Shown here piece after piece: positions 51,607 to 64,000 of a DNA stretch of 64,000 nt. Position numbers and translations under genes: made by a program. Origin of the DNA: Utricularia gibba. Its lineage: Eukaryota > Plantae > Magnoliophyta. Position 1 is the first letter of the stretch. The number at the start of each line of letters is the position of its first letter. Under the pieces are notes generated by a model. It was given only the letters and a program-made list of their open reading frames with translations. It ran no database searches and was not told where the DNA came from. Location: the NCBI GenBank assembly GCA_002189035.1, contig CM007989.1:3906001-3970000 (forward strand), written 5' to 3'.

Positions 51607-53600
51607 TGCTCTAATACCAAAATGTAATGCATCACAAACCCAACACATAGAATTTGTGCGCTATCATACAGTGCGGCCAACACTGCAAAAGTGATCATCC
51701 TCATGTCACAAACCCAAGTGTAAATCTAGAATAAACATTTCATGTCACATCATAATAACATTTCGAAAAATTTTAAAGGAAAGCATTTCCCACAAAAACA
51801 ATGTTCACAATGTAGCAAGGGAAGAAACTTCCAATCCCAATAGCACACAAAACATTAGAGGGGAAGACACTTCCCTATGAGCATCGTACACAAGCCAAAA
51901 AGGAAAAATATTTCCCATTGCAAAGTAGCAAAAATAAACACATGCATAAGCCACGAGTCTCAAGTCTCCCCTCAAGCTTGGTATCATCCACGTTCGCTCT
52001 AACATCCAAATCTACATGCAAAAAAGCAAGAGGTCAGTCGTGGGTAGGGCTCCATCTCACAATTGTTCTAACTCATCTAAAGGCCCGTTTGGCTAGAAGT
52101 CCCACGACCAAGTCGTGTTGCCGTCAACACCACGTTCTAGCCGTGCAATGCCTGTGCTGATCCCCCCCCCCCCTCTAGGGCTCACGGCTTCCATGACCTC
52201 GGCCTTGCTGAGGTGCTACAATGTGTTGATCGGACACAAGCCGTGCCCACAAGGGCTTGCAATGGCCTCAAACACTCAATCCTGAAGCAATTCTCTGGTA
52301 CCTTAGCGCTCCTCGTGATTCTACAACATTTTGACCTCTATTATGATCCGAACAAGCCATTGCAACATTGCTTCCTCCACGCTACCATTCCAGCTATTTG
52401 CCACAAGCTTTAATTTTGCTTCAAGGTTAAATCTAGTGAGCAGGTCACGAGTAGCATTCTTCCCTACCTATATCCCTACTATGCTGCCTAAATCTACCCA
52501 TGTCTATGCACATTGCACATCACTTGACTTGTAGGGGTGAGTCGCACACACATGTTGCTCTCAATGCACACAGTAGTCTCCACAAGGCATGCTTGCCTCA
52601 CCCACAAGTCTCCTTGCCCAACTCCTATTACATATCTTCCGTGAGTTTCCTCATAAAGTGTTTGCCCTCGGGTGTCATGGCTCGTCTCACGAGTGAGCAC
52701 CCACATTCCATGGCTTTTGTTATGATATGGTGCCTTCAATATTACAATGTGATGTCTCTCCTAATACTTTGGTTGATTTATGCCAAGCTAGTGGCGAGGG
52801 TCGCTTGGCCGATCCTTCACTCTCACCTCTAAATCTTGGATTATTATATTATCTTCCCTTTTTAGAGGTTTCATCTTGAAATCGTATCTTAGAATAGTTC
52901 GGAATATTGCTATATAACTCTATTTCTCATGCGTCCTCTATGCCCAAATTTGATCATTGCATCTTCAACCACGTGATCGCCTATCTCTATTGCATAGTAA
53001 ACTTCCTTCCTAATATCTTTAATGATCTCACTCAATATGTGAGGTTTTCTCTCATGTCAAACTCATTATTATGAACTTTCTTTCCTGGGTTTAGAATATA
53101 TCTCTACAATTGAGAGACATGAAAGACATTATATATTTCTGCTAAATTCGAAGAAAGGCCAAATTGTTAGACCACCTTATTGACTCTTTGTAGCATTTCG
53201 TATGAGTTGATGAAACGGAATACCAACTTGCCAAATTTTGTACACCTCGTCAACACTTGTTTAGACAATGTAGTCGGAGATACACTCTTTCCCCTACTTC
53301 AAACTACAAAGGTCTCACCCTTGATCAACTCAACTCTTCTAGTAGTTTTGTGCTATTTTGACTCTTTCTAGAATCATCTTTATTATATTCTTCATCTCAT
53401 GAATTAGTTCATATCCTATCATTGCGCATTCGCCCACCACATTCCATGCAACAACGTCCTGCACGCCTCCTCGTCGCAATCTCTAAGAAAGTCCAAAGTG
53501 CTCGCCATAAGACATCTTCCAAAGTTTCGATTGTTCGCTCTAACTACCCATCCATCTAAGGGCGCATAGTAATACTCTTCATTAATTGCTCCTCATTGTA
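51607..53600 (-). mobile_element. Tekay/Del-type Ty3/gypsy remnant: integrase core and C-terminus, chromodomain, PPT, LTR, and a trailing PBS
   Basis: Minus-strand remnants MDG*LERTIETLEDVL, KFGKLVFRFI..YEML, YNVFHVSQL, DHVVEDA..QYSELF. PPT AAAAAGGGAAGATAA at 52849-52863. LTR 52848-51623 (TATAATAATCC...TTACA). PBS TGGTATTAGAGCA at 51619-51607. Confidence 0.75.
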
Positions 53601-55122
53601 TTGATTGGGAGCTAGAATAGTGTGTGAGAGAGTCTTAGTGACTCTTGCTACGAATCGACATATGTCAACCGCGACAAGAGGGTGTGAGGGGTACTGCTAT
53701 GCAATATGATGACCATGACATGGGAAGAAATCGGTGGACTTAGCACCACTCACCACCACCACACGGGAGGCATGCGAGGCACGTGGCAAGAGAGGGGGAA
53801 GGGAGTCGGGCAGCTGGGTAAGGACACGGGCAGGGGACAGTCTCCACCTACGACCCAATCACGACCCGCTTCAGGAATTAAACCGCTAAATAAAATTGTG
53901 GATGAAATTAGGGCTCGACTACACACCCAAGAGAGGAGATCAATTGCGACCCCAGAGGAATGATGGCACGAACTGGACAAAAATAGACACGAAGTGCACA
54001 TAATCTCGTGTTTAGGTCCAGACACTGAGTCTACCGCTGGAGTGGCCGAGGAGGGTGCACCGATGGGATAGTCGAGACTTGGGGTGGCTGTTAAGTGTCA
54101 TTTTTTAGTTAATTATTAAGTATTATTATGTGTTAATTATATATGAAGTCGCCCAAATTAACAGTTTTATTATTAAGTATTTTATTTTTACTAGAAAATT
54201 CCTATTTTCCCATTTTGTGTATATTTTATGTCTTTTTTCTCATACTTTGACCGAGACATGTCAGGAGATTGTCATAGAGTGTTGCAGGAGTATTGCAGGT
54301 GGTCAGACTCTGAGTTTTCGTGCCTTGTACGCGAGTTGGTGAAGATCAAGGTGAAGAGCACCAACTCCAATCCTGCTGGTTCGAGGGAATTAACAGATTG
54401 TTTGTGGCCTAGGTACCGGGACAGTGGACAGGTTGTGACCTCGGACCTGCCACTGGCCATTGGCAACAGCTGGGCACACGCACACAATTCAGTTTTGAAG
54501 GCAATCGAAGTCAATCCTCTTGTCTTCCTAATCGTCCAAGGGGGAATCACATGAGCCTATTCCCGTGGCTCCTTGTCAATTAGAGTGTAAGGGAGAGTAG
54601 GCTATTCCTTGCTCATATAACCAGCTATTCGAAAGAAATCAGTGAAAACCAAGGCAAGGACGGACAAAGGAAGGAGATGGAGTCTTATTCCCAGGAACTG
54701 TATTCCGTAGTCAAGGCCCATCACTTAGGTTGCATCTTAAAAACCCCCTTTTGCAAAACCGTGACATTTTGTGGAAGTTTCTTGCAAACACTTTTCACGA
54801 AAAACAACTCCCTGAGATCGATACTCGTACTACGCTTTCCAGTGTTTTACGTTTTAAAATATTTAAAATTTGTTGAGGAAACGACACGCAACAGTGGCCG
54901 AGAGTCATGTTTTGAGCAGGCACTTGTAACGCTGATAATGCGTTAGGAATGTGTTATGTTTTTGGCGTAATTATGTGCGGGGAGTGCCTCCCCAATGGTT
55001 GCTAGGTGACTGGACGTTTGGATGCATGTAATGGAAAGAGCCTTCTCTTGTGATGTGTCTTGTAAACTGCTTAGGTTGTATCTACTTATGATGATTTTCG
55101 GCCAAGCGTTGCTATATATCCT

Positions 55123-56513
55123 TGATAACACACGGATTTTCCTATTATTAGAGTAAGAAAATTATACTTTTGAATCATGTTTTAAGTGTTTATCTTACAG
55201 TTTTTAGTATTTTCACCAAATTTTAGGACATAATGCGATTTTATGTGTTAATGGGCTAAATCAAAGGATTTAGCCCATCGCATGTTATTAACATTTTTCT
55301 AATCCAGTAGCAAAGTTCTAAAATTAGGGAGGATACATGAATTTCGTGCATGTGGAGATTTGGAAGAAGGGGCACAAGACACAAGGAGGAGACATGATTA
55401 ATATTCAGCCGCCTACAGTCTGCAGGTTCAGGCCAGGAACAGTACGAATGTTAGAAATAGTGGACTGATTTTGAAAAATGAAAAAAGATGTGAAGATATT
55501 TTTGGAGAGAAGAGAAGAAGAGAGAGCAGACCCAAGGAGGGGGCTTCTCCCCCAACACGACGAGTACTGAACTGAGAGGAGAGGAAGATCTTCATCCTCA
55601 AGAACATCATAAGAGCCCAGTCCAGCGCTACTGTTCCGGCTAGGGAACAGTAGCAGACGGAAATCAGAACTCTTATTGCTTTATTTTTGTTTGTTGATGT
55701 TTTCAGTTTCTACAACCAACTCTTTCACAATGTTCTTGACATTTTCGTTGCTTTATGTTAATGTTATCATGTTTTACCTTCAAAGCATGAGTAGCTAAAC
55801 CCTAGGAGTGCCTTGAGGTGAAGCATGGTGGTGGGGGTCTAGGAATCTTAATAAAATTTACCATTCTTCCTTAGTTCTTGTTTATATCAAACCATGGGTA
55901 GACCTAAGGAAGAGAACAAATAGCTTCCCAACTTAGATGCTTGATTTAGAGGTAGACCAATAAATCAAGACGTGAGCAATAGGTGTTAGTCCGGGGTGGA
56001 ACCAGTAGAACGGGGTAAACCTAGTTTTATATGCTTTGCATACGGATAGACCTAATTGCAATGTTGGTGATGATATGGAGGACTAGCTTAGCCGAAAACA
56101 TGGTGAATGACCTGAGTACACTTAGGTTATTTGAAGTTGTGAGTGTGGGAACATGGTAGATTAAATTAGGGATTTTGACACTACACCACCTACAGACCCT
56201 TAAGGCACCTTAGTATTATTCTGAATTAGAACCAGTACCTGTTACCTTAGCGTTAAGACCTAATATTGTTTACTTATCTTGTTTACCGAACTTGTTTACC
56301 ACTGTTGGTCTGAGCTTAGACTAAGACTTCATGTTATCTCGAATTATGCATTTACTAAAACACTTAGCAAGCACAAGCTCTTCGTGATCGATCCCGACAT
56401 CCACTATACAAGTTTTCCAAATTTGTATTTTGTGTAGATTAGGGATTATAAATTTATTTGATACGAATTTTCTATTTTTATTGCAACGATATTAGGAAAA
56501 TTTCTGTTTATCA
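55123..56513 (+). mobile_element. Athila-like solo LTR, 1391 bp
   Basis: Inverted ends TGATAA...TTATCA and near-TSD ATCCT/TTCCT. Internal ATGAGTAGCTAA and CTCTTCGTGATCGATCCCGAC..ACTATAC motifs resemble Athila LTRs; the lineage call is from recall. Confidence 0.72.
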
Positions 56514-56549
56514 TTCCTCATATGAACTCTCTTGTGCGGTGTCAGCTGC

Positions 56550-57720
56550 GTGCAACTCGGTCTCTTATATTCCGTTTTGGTCATTGGACAGACTTGGCAT
56601 TGGCTCACAAATTTTGCAATCTCTCTTTTCATTCTTGACCACCAATATGTGCTACATATATCTTGGTACATTTTCATTTTTTTGAGATGCAACTCATATC
56701 TCGACATGTGGACTTCCCATAATATCATTTCCCACAACTCTCCTTCTAGCACCCACACCCTATCGTGCATGGTGATCAGCTCATCCAGCTATCTCAAGAA
56801 GGGTTCTCAACCCACACTTGTCATTTCAAGGATGTGGTCATTGACTATGGCTTCTTGTGTCTTCAAGATCCTTGTGAGTCGGTTGGGCTTTTCTTGAACA
56901 ATCATATGCAACTACCTACCCCTCACTACCTCAAGCCCCATCTACTCAATTTTTGTTTGAATCTCGTTCCTTCCAAAACTCCTGCTCAGATCATCCATCA
57001 CCACATTCGCCTTGCGTAGATGTAATTAACATGTCATAGTCCTTCAATAACTCGAGCCATTGTTGTTGTCTCATATTAAGTTTCTTCTCTATAAACATAT
57101 ATTTTAGGATTTGATGGTCGATGTATAACTCGCATCGCACCCCGTACAAATAGTGTCTCCAGACTTTTTGGGCAAAGATCACTATAGCCATCTCCAAATC
57201 ATGGACTAGATAATTTATTTCATGATTCTTCAATTGCCTCGATGCATAAGCTATTACCCTATCTTTTTGTATAAGAATAGCTCCTAATCCCTTTCTGATG
57301 GCATCCATATACACCTGGTAATCCTTACCCATGTCAAGTAGCACTATGACTGATGCTCACGTCACATCCTACTTGAAGTTGTCAAAGCTATCTGACATTC
57401 ATTCGTCCACTCATATGTCTGGTTCTTCTTTAACAACTCTATCAATGATCAAGCATTTTCAAAAAAAAGACTTTATAAACCTAATACACCATCATTCTCA
57501 AAAAGCTTCCCACATCCCTCACATTCTAGTGTTGCTCAAGCCATGACGGCCTCCACCTTTTTCGGGTCCACCGCAATCCCTCGTCCACAAATGATATGCC
57601 CTAAGAAACTAATGTTCTATAAAAAAAATTCGCACTTAGCCACCTTGGTATAGTATATAATCTCTTCTGCCTTAATCTCATCCATACCATCTAAAGGTGC
57701 CTCCGGAGTGCCTCTTGTCT
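56550..57720 (-). mobile_element. Degenerate Ty3/gypsy (Tekay-like) pol fragment: RT end, RNase H, integrase zinc finger
   Basis: FLGHIICGRGIAVDPKKVEA; [64 protein letters not shown]; YWWSRMKREIAKFVSQCQVC. Multiple stops and frameshifts. Confidence 0.9.
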
Positions 57721-59286
57721 CATAATTTGTATGTGCATGCATTTGTCTATGATACCAAATGTTATAACCCATATTTTTTTTATACGATTTGGACATATAA
57801 TTCTCACGATTTTATATTTTTCTCTTTTGAAATAAAATGCCTCGAACATTAGGATAACTCTATTTTTAAGCACATTTACTTCTCTATCCGTAATGAATGT
57901 GAGATATTATTTAAACCCATGGACTTACATTAAAAAAATCAATTTAGAATCATTTAAAAGTCTTTTTATTTTTCTTTTTTTGTTACATTATGATAGATGT
58001 TTTTAAGAATCTGGAATTGAATTGAAGATTATAAAATTGAACTTAAATCCATTATTTTGGGTTTGATTCAATAATTTTATAAAAAATGCAAAGAATCATA
58101 AATTTAAAATATTAAATTTCGATAAGTATCTATATTTTTATAATATTTCTAAAATCATTTAAACATGATTTAACAAACAAAACTACTTATAAAATACTTA
58201 TCTAATGAAAATGCTTCGCGTTAGATCTGATTTTCATATTTTCCGAATTGAATAGCAATCCCATATTATATTCATTTTCAAATTTATAATTGACATTTTT
58301 GGGGTTGTAAATTTAATCTAAATTCTTGAAATTAAAAACGCGCATTTCCTGAAATGATCCTGATTTATTACATCATGCATGATGACAGTGGGGCCCAAGA
58401 CATCGAAAAATTACAGGTGTCGCGCGACGAGAATGTAAAAGAAATAAATGTAATTTATGATGGCTGCGAAGACCATTAAGAAATATATGTATGATGTACC
58501 AGTCCACGACCAGGGTCCACAATGTATGCTTTTAAACGTATGGGGACCAAAATGAAATATTTTATCCATCAATGTCTTATTTCCGTTTATGGCCTCATTA
58601 TTTAAAAAGTTTTCATTACTAAAACTCGATTGAAGATGCGGCAAACGTGCCCTAAAATGCATGTTTGATATATTTGTTTTTTTGTGCATATACTTAATAG
58701 CTAATGATGATTATTATGTCCTAAACCTCGAAATCAAATGTGAGACTTTTTTATTCTATTTATTCAAAATCATTTTTGATGAAGTGATTCTATGTAAAAA
58801 TGGTATTAGGTTCATAATGCTTTTGATTTGTTGAAATAATTTATATTTGATAAAATATTTTAAACATAATTGAGTTGTTTTTCAGGTATTAATTTATGCT
58901 AAATTACAAAAAAAAATATTGAATTATATAATGACAACTTTGAATAATAAATTTGAAAAGTAATTTTAATAAATGAAGTTTGGGAAGTACACCTTCTTAA
59001 AAAGAAGAAATAATTCTTTACTTTTAATATTTCTAGAATGAAATTACATATATTTGATGATAATAATAATATTTCAATAACGTTTTTTTAAAAACAAACT
59101 ATGAAAAAAAATAGATTGAATTGTTATAAATATACTATAAAAATAAAAATATATATATTACATTTAATATTTTAAAATTTCATTATAAAATGGAATCTAG
59201 GTTGTTTAGCAATGGGAGCCGCCCCCATGACATGACATGACATGACATCACGGCAGCCAGGGATGGCGGGGCGGGAAGAAATCAGA

Positions 59287-59295
59287 TTGTACGGA
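59287..59295 (-). promoter_or_regulatory. SBP/SPL binding consensus TNCGTACAA (distal), upstream of MIR172
   Basis: TTGTACGGA on the plus strand is TCCGTACAA on the minus strand, inside a GC-rich island. Confidence 0.5.
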
Positions 59296-61146
59296 ATGGA
59301 TGGGGACTGGACCCCCGAGAAGAACCAGCGAGTAAACAGTGTGTGCAATAATTTGAATTATTTTGTCCGATGACAACTATCATTTCCCTGGTTCCCAAAC
59401 TCCAGTTTGGGGATCCCTTTTACACGCCAGTTGTCCGTCCATGTCTACTCCTCCTCCGCGCAATCATGACCTTGTCTAAACCATCCCCCGAGCTTCAGTT
59501 TCAGCGGTGGAGCCGAGAAGAGGAAGAGGAAGAGGGGAGGGGAGGGGAGGGGACTGTCTCCTTCCGTTAAGAAACTGAAACTGAGCTGCTTAAGAATCCA
59601 ATAATGGTGGTCGGTCTTGTACAAAACTGGCCACTCTCCGTGATGCATTACAAAAGTGCCCATCCTGTAATTTTTATTATAAAAATGGCGGCTTTGATTT
59701 AAAATAATCAAAATAATAAACTATTTATATAGTTATATATTTTATTTTATGAAATAAATAAACGTTTTTAATTTTTAAAAATAATAAATAATTTTGATTC
59801 GAAACATAATTCAAATAATTTCATATTAATCGTTATCTTTCAAAATGTTTTTTTCAAATGGAATGTGTGAGTATAAAAATTGAAAAATCATTATCTTTCA
59901 TATTTTAATGCAGTTTTAAAAGTTGATTTTTTTAAAAAAAGTTTATATTACTTTGAGTAAAGTTATAATAAGAAATTTTAAAAAATAAAAATTATTTTAA
60001 AAAAATATGATTTATTTTAGTTTTAATTTTAGTAATATTTTAAAGAAATATACAAACATTAAACAATTTAAAATATGACTTTCTAATTTTTACAAATATA
60101 GTATAAAGAATTTTAGATATTTAAATATTTTTATTACAAAATGAAAAATAAAAAAAATCATATATACATATATTGATATATGTTGTATTATTTTTTAAAT
60201 GAAGTATGGCCAATTTTATAAGAAAAAACATACACATACAAATGTGAGAATATGTCCACTTTTGTAATTATCTCCTAATGGTGTGGAATGGGAGATAGGC
60301 GTAGGGCGAGGGGCGGAATCATCATAAGCCTGTGATTAAAGAGCCTAAGGGAGCCTGGGAGAGTAGAGTAGAGTAGATGGGGGAGTAGTATCAAGTACAG
60401 TGGCGAAAAGGAGGAGTGGAGGTGAGGTGATGGGTGTCCCCTGCCCTGCCCCAACCTACCAATAGACTATTTACGTTTCATGAGAGCAAAGTCTCACCTA
60501 CACAGATAGAATCTTTTCAAAACGCCACCCTCTACAATTACCTTCATCATCATCGCACCAATCCACCACCAACCTCCCTGCTGCTGGTGCTCCATACTTG
60601 TGAAGATAGGTTTCATGCGCACCCATTACTAATCTCATGATCGCCTTCCCCAATTTGTGCCACCTTTAAGACTAACATAAGTTAATCTTTCGAGTGAGTA
60701 CTCGACATAGAATGAGCTTCGAAATGGTATGTGATGAATAAAGTCAATAATCACAATTAATTGAATTATTTCAATTACTCTAAAGAGCTCCCTTGGGTCT
60801 GAACGTTTTCGAAGCAATACACATGAGCACATCAGAAACCTGAAATTTTTCATCATTATATTATAATCATAATCGCATGTTTTGGAAATTAAAAATTACC
60901 TATACGCCTTCGCATGACCAAGACTAACCCCTTGGAGTCTTGTATACTCACCAATCTTTGGCAGATAGTTTCATTTTATTTAAATATAAGTAGTTGATAA
61001 GACGTTTTAAATTGAATCTAAATTAACGTGCATATTAAAACCAAAAGAAAATTATATTTTTCGCGTTAAATTTCGTATGCATGTTTTCCAAACATACATA
61101 AATTCATTTATCAAGTTTGTTTCAAATCTAAATCAATAAGTATATT

Positions 61147-61155
61147 TTGTACGTA
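61147..61155 (-). promoter_or_regulatory. SBP/SPL binding consensus TNCGTACAA (proximal), upstream of MIR172
   Basis: TTGTACGTA on the plus strand is TACGTACAA on the minus strand, about 230 bp before the TATATA at 61380-61385. Confidence 0.55.
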
Positions 61156-61518
61156 TTAAAAAATGAGTATATCAAACACAGAAACTTAGGCATCAATGCA
61201 CACCGCGCATTTTAGAGTAAATGGGGATTCCAAGTGGTGGTCTTAATTTTCTAGCCCTATCAGACTACCCACTCGCGTCATTCCTTGGCCTCACCCCACT
61301 GAGATTTTCCAGATCCGAGATGCAAGTCTCCATCTCTAGGGCAAAGAGTCCTTGTCAAAGCATCAACACCCCATCTCTTTATATATCCCTCCTCCTCCCA
61401 CCTTCAGCTCTACCACGGAGCAGTGTAAAACAAATGTATGAATGGAGCTTCTTTCTAGGGTTTATGGGTTCATTTCCATCCTCTGCATTCGTGGAGGGAT
61501 GCATTGTTCAAGACCAGG

Positions 61519-61624
61519 AGCCGTAGGTTTCTGGTGCGGCACCTTCAAGATTCACAGAGGTCTAGAGGGTTTGCCACTCAGATTGATGCGAATCTTGATG
61601 ATGCTGCATCGGTAATCAACGGCT
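61519..61624 (+). ncRNA. MIR172: MIR172 precursor hairpin (mature about 61589-61609, star about 61536-61556)
   Basis: 3' arm CGAATCTTGATGATGCTGCAT is miR172 with a C at position 1. 5' arm GCGGCACCTTCAAGATTCACA pairs with three mismatches and two G:U pairs. Basal stem AGCCGT/ACGGCT. TATA at 61380 and a GTAAG donor at about 61709. Confidence 0.95.
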
Positions 61625-62776
61625 GAGGATGCAGAACAAGGAAGACACACCGCTATGGTTCCAACACAAAAGGGTTGTTCTGAATTTGAGCTCTTTTTTG
61701 GTCTCTGGGTAAGCTCCTGTCGAGTGTTAAAGCTTCATTGCTGAATCTACAGATGAACAGGATGACAGATCTGCGGTGAAGTGGTGGTCTTCTTCATTTA
61801 TTTCCATTGCAGAGATGGAATCACAAGAATTTACTCCCTCTGTAGAGCTCTGCCATCCTCATATTTTCCATGACATTTTATTTCCTTTTTCTTTAAACAC
61901 CAATTATCTGCTTGTTTCTAAAAACCAGCAACAACATGAAGAAGGTGGGCTCGGAGTCTTCTCATCATTCAACGTTGTCGGGTTTCAGCTTCTATCACAA
62001 AGAGAGTGACCCTCGTACGGACTGAAGACGATGCTCGCTGTGACTCAATCCTCCTTTTTGGAGTCTACTAACACAGGCTCCTGCGATCATCGTCTCCTTG
62101 AGATCAGTAGGAACTTGATGAATGTCATAAACCGCCACAAGTTCTCACTGCGCTTCCTGCTGAATGCGGCGGCTGTGGGATGTTTGAAGGAAGTGCATGG
62201 GGATGAAGCAACGAAGTGGGGTAGTAGAAGAAGATTTTACCACGGGAAGAGGAGAAAAGAGGAATGACAGAGCGGCAGAACTGAGACAATGAAACAGTAG
62301 CCGTGGCCGTGGACAGCCCATTAACTGCAGAAAGGCTTCTGGTGGAGCGGAGCCGCGCTGCTTGCAGAGCATACACAGTAATTAATGACTCGAAATTCCA
62401 TGGGAGCAAATTCAGTGGGGGTAGAGAGTAGAGACTCCATCTCTTTCACCCTCCCCCGTCTGTCTCTCTCGCGCGAGCATCAGGGGTCTTGTTGTAAATA
62501 TGGAAAACTTCAAGGCACGATATGTAAATACAAAGAGTATTTTGTTTGAATATTTTTTTAAAATGAATTAAATCGAGTTATTAATTTTTTATTAAATAAG
62601 TTGAAGATATCCAAATGCTATAGAATTTTTTTAAGGACTCCACATCAAGATGTTATGAAAGCTATCGAGGTACTCGGGGTGGTACAAGAAGTACCAGTAA
62701 TATGTTGAGAGTATTTCAACACTATAGAGGTATCCAAACACTTGTTATTTAAGTATTATGTATCTTTGAACACATA

Positions 62777-62991
62777 GGGTGTGTTTGATAGCTATATCGA
62801 TATACATTATCTTGATATAAATTTATCCATAATATCAGGATAAATTTAAGGAAGGGTTATATGTGAGATAAATGTATGCTTATAATAAAGAAAAAAAATA
62901 TACTGAGATAAATTTATACTGATTATCAAACATATATTATATATTCTAGTACCCGATGTATTTATGTTTATACCAGCTATCAAACTCACCC
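62777..62991. mobile_element. Tourist-like MITE, 215 bp
   Basis: TIRs GGGTGTGTTTGATAGCT and AGCTATCAAACTCACCC (one mismatch). 3-bp TSD ATA/ATA. Confidence 0.78.
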
Positions 62992-63594
62992 ATAAGATAT
63001 AAAAGTCTACTTGTTCTCTAATATATGAGTTGTAGAGTTGGGTACTAATCTCACTTAGTGGGTAACGAGTCGAACATGCCGAGTCAACATCAAGAATTTT
63101 TAAATCAGTGAATACGATCGATGAGTTGATGTGCTCAACTCTTTCTGAGTCACAAATTGACACATAATTAGTTCAATAATTCCAATATTATAATAATTTA
63201 TGAAAAATCTTACCTTTAAATAGGTGGCCAATTTAAGCACCTCAAACATTGGATTGTAGTGTCTGGACGTGTTAACAGCCACCCCATTGTTACAAGGAGT
63301 CTGTTGTTAGTGTGTTGTGTCATACTTTCATGTGATTTTATTATCTTGTATTCTTTGAAACACATTGTAAAATTCTCAAAATTCTCAAATCTTAACAAAA
63401 TGAATTTGGCATCATGTGAGTACATTACAACTTTACAACTATCCTTTTAAAGGTCTTCAAACACTGCAAACAATGTGGAATCATGAATGAAGTTTCAACC
63501 GTGATCCAAAAAATATTGGTAAGTTGCAATTATTCTCCAAATGCAATGTGGGCAATGTGAACAGTACCAAACAAGTAAGTAAGAGATGGGAGAA

Positions 63595-64000
63595 TGATAA
63601 CACCGTTTTTATTGTGTTTTTAAATATGTTTTTAAGTGTGTTTTGTAGGGTTAAATGTTGCTTAGGGTGCTAAAATGTTTTATTTTGCATATTTAGACTG
63701 TTGAAATATGTTTATTGTGAAAACAAGCTCAATTGGCAACAATTGAGCCGAAAACTCTAATATTTAGTCTAGTCTATGTTTTAAGTCTTACTAGAGTAAG
63801 AGCTAGTACTTTAGCAATGCACTTTCCGCGTTGACAAGTCAAAGTAGACAGAAAAGCTGTACAAAAGTCACTTTCCGCCGAAAGTAGCCGCCCTTCTGAA
63901 AAGATAAGATTTGGAGCAGACATCTCACTTCTAGAAAACTTAGGAAAGGACAATGCTACCCTTAATTTTGAGCTGCAAAAGGGAAAAGGAAGGGAGAGAA
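63595..64000 (+). mobile_element. Start of an Athila-like LTR, truncated by the window edge
   Basis: Begins TGATAACAC, like the 55123 solo LTR, shares ATGTTTT(T)AAGTGT with it, and is preceded by a purine-rich tract (AAGAGATGGGAGAA). Confidence 0.55.

Noticed and set aside
59227-59249. (CATGA)4 tandem repeat
   Set aside because: Short simple repeat with no spacer structure and no evidence of function.
62000-62420. GC-richer coding-like patch downstream of MIR172
   Set aside because: Every frame is interrupted or lacks a credible start, and I recognise no family. It may be a pri-miRNA exon or a gene fragment.

Overview
Flowering-plant (eudicot-like) nuclear DNA. Compact genes with mostly 70-110 bp introns sit in very AT-rich spacers, and there are two retroelement-rich blocks (about 40.4-44.3 kb and 51.6-57.7 kb). 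Genes recognised, left to right: DUF868 (-), a decayed type-B response-regulator-like locus (+), NAT12-like nucleobase transporter (+, exon 1 broken by three 1-bp shifts), two divergent small intronless proteins sharing a DLN (EAR-like) motif and a PNKYRDSVL motif (+,+), DUF7054/At4g22758-like (+), U2AF35 (-), CSLA2-like mannan synthase (-), SRPK (-), PAO (+), IRX7/FRA8 (+), GH29 alpha-L-fucosidase (-), ABCF1 (+), a small secreted peptide precursor with a Cys-bracketed IDA-like core (-), and a MIR172 hairpin (+). Mobile DNA includes a degenerate CRM-like Ty3/gypsy element with a nested copia-like solo LTR, Tekay-like remnants, Athila-like LTRs and two Tourist-like MITEs. The best novelty candidates are the EAR-plus-ATX3/4/5-like-motif tandem pair, the two-Cys IDA-like peptide, and a miR172 with a 5' C plus an upstream sORF and two perfect SBP/SPL sites. 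All assignments are by eye and from recalled family motifs; no searches were run, and some frameshifts may be assembly errors.
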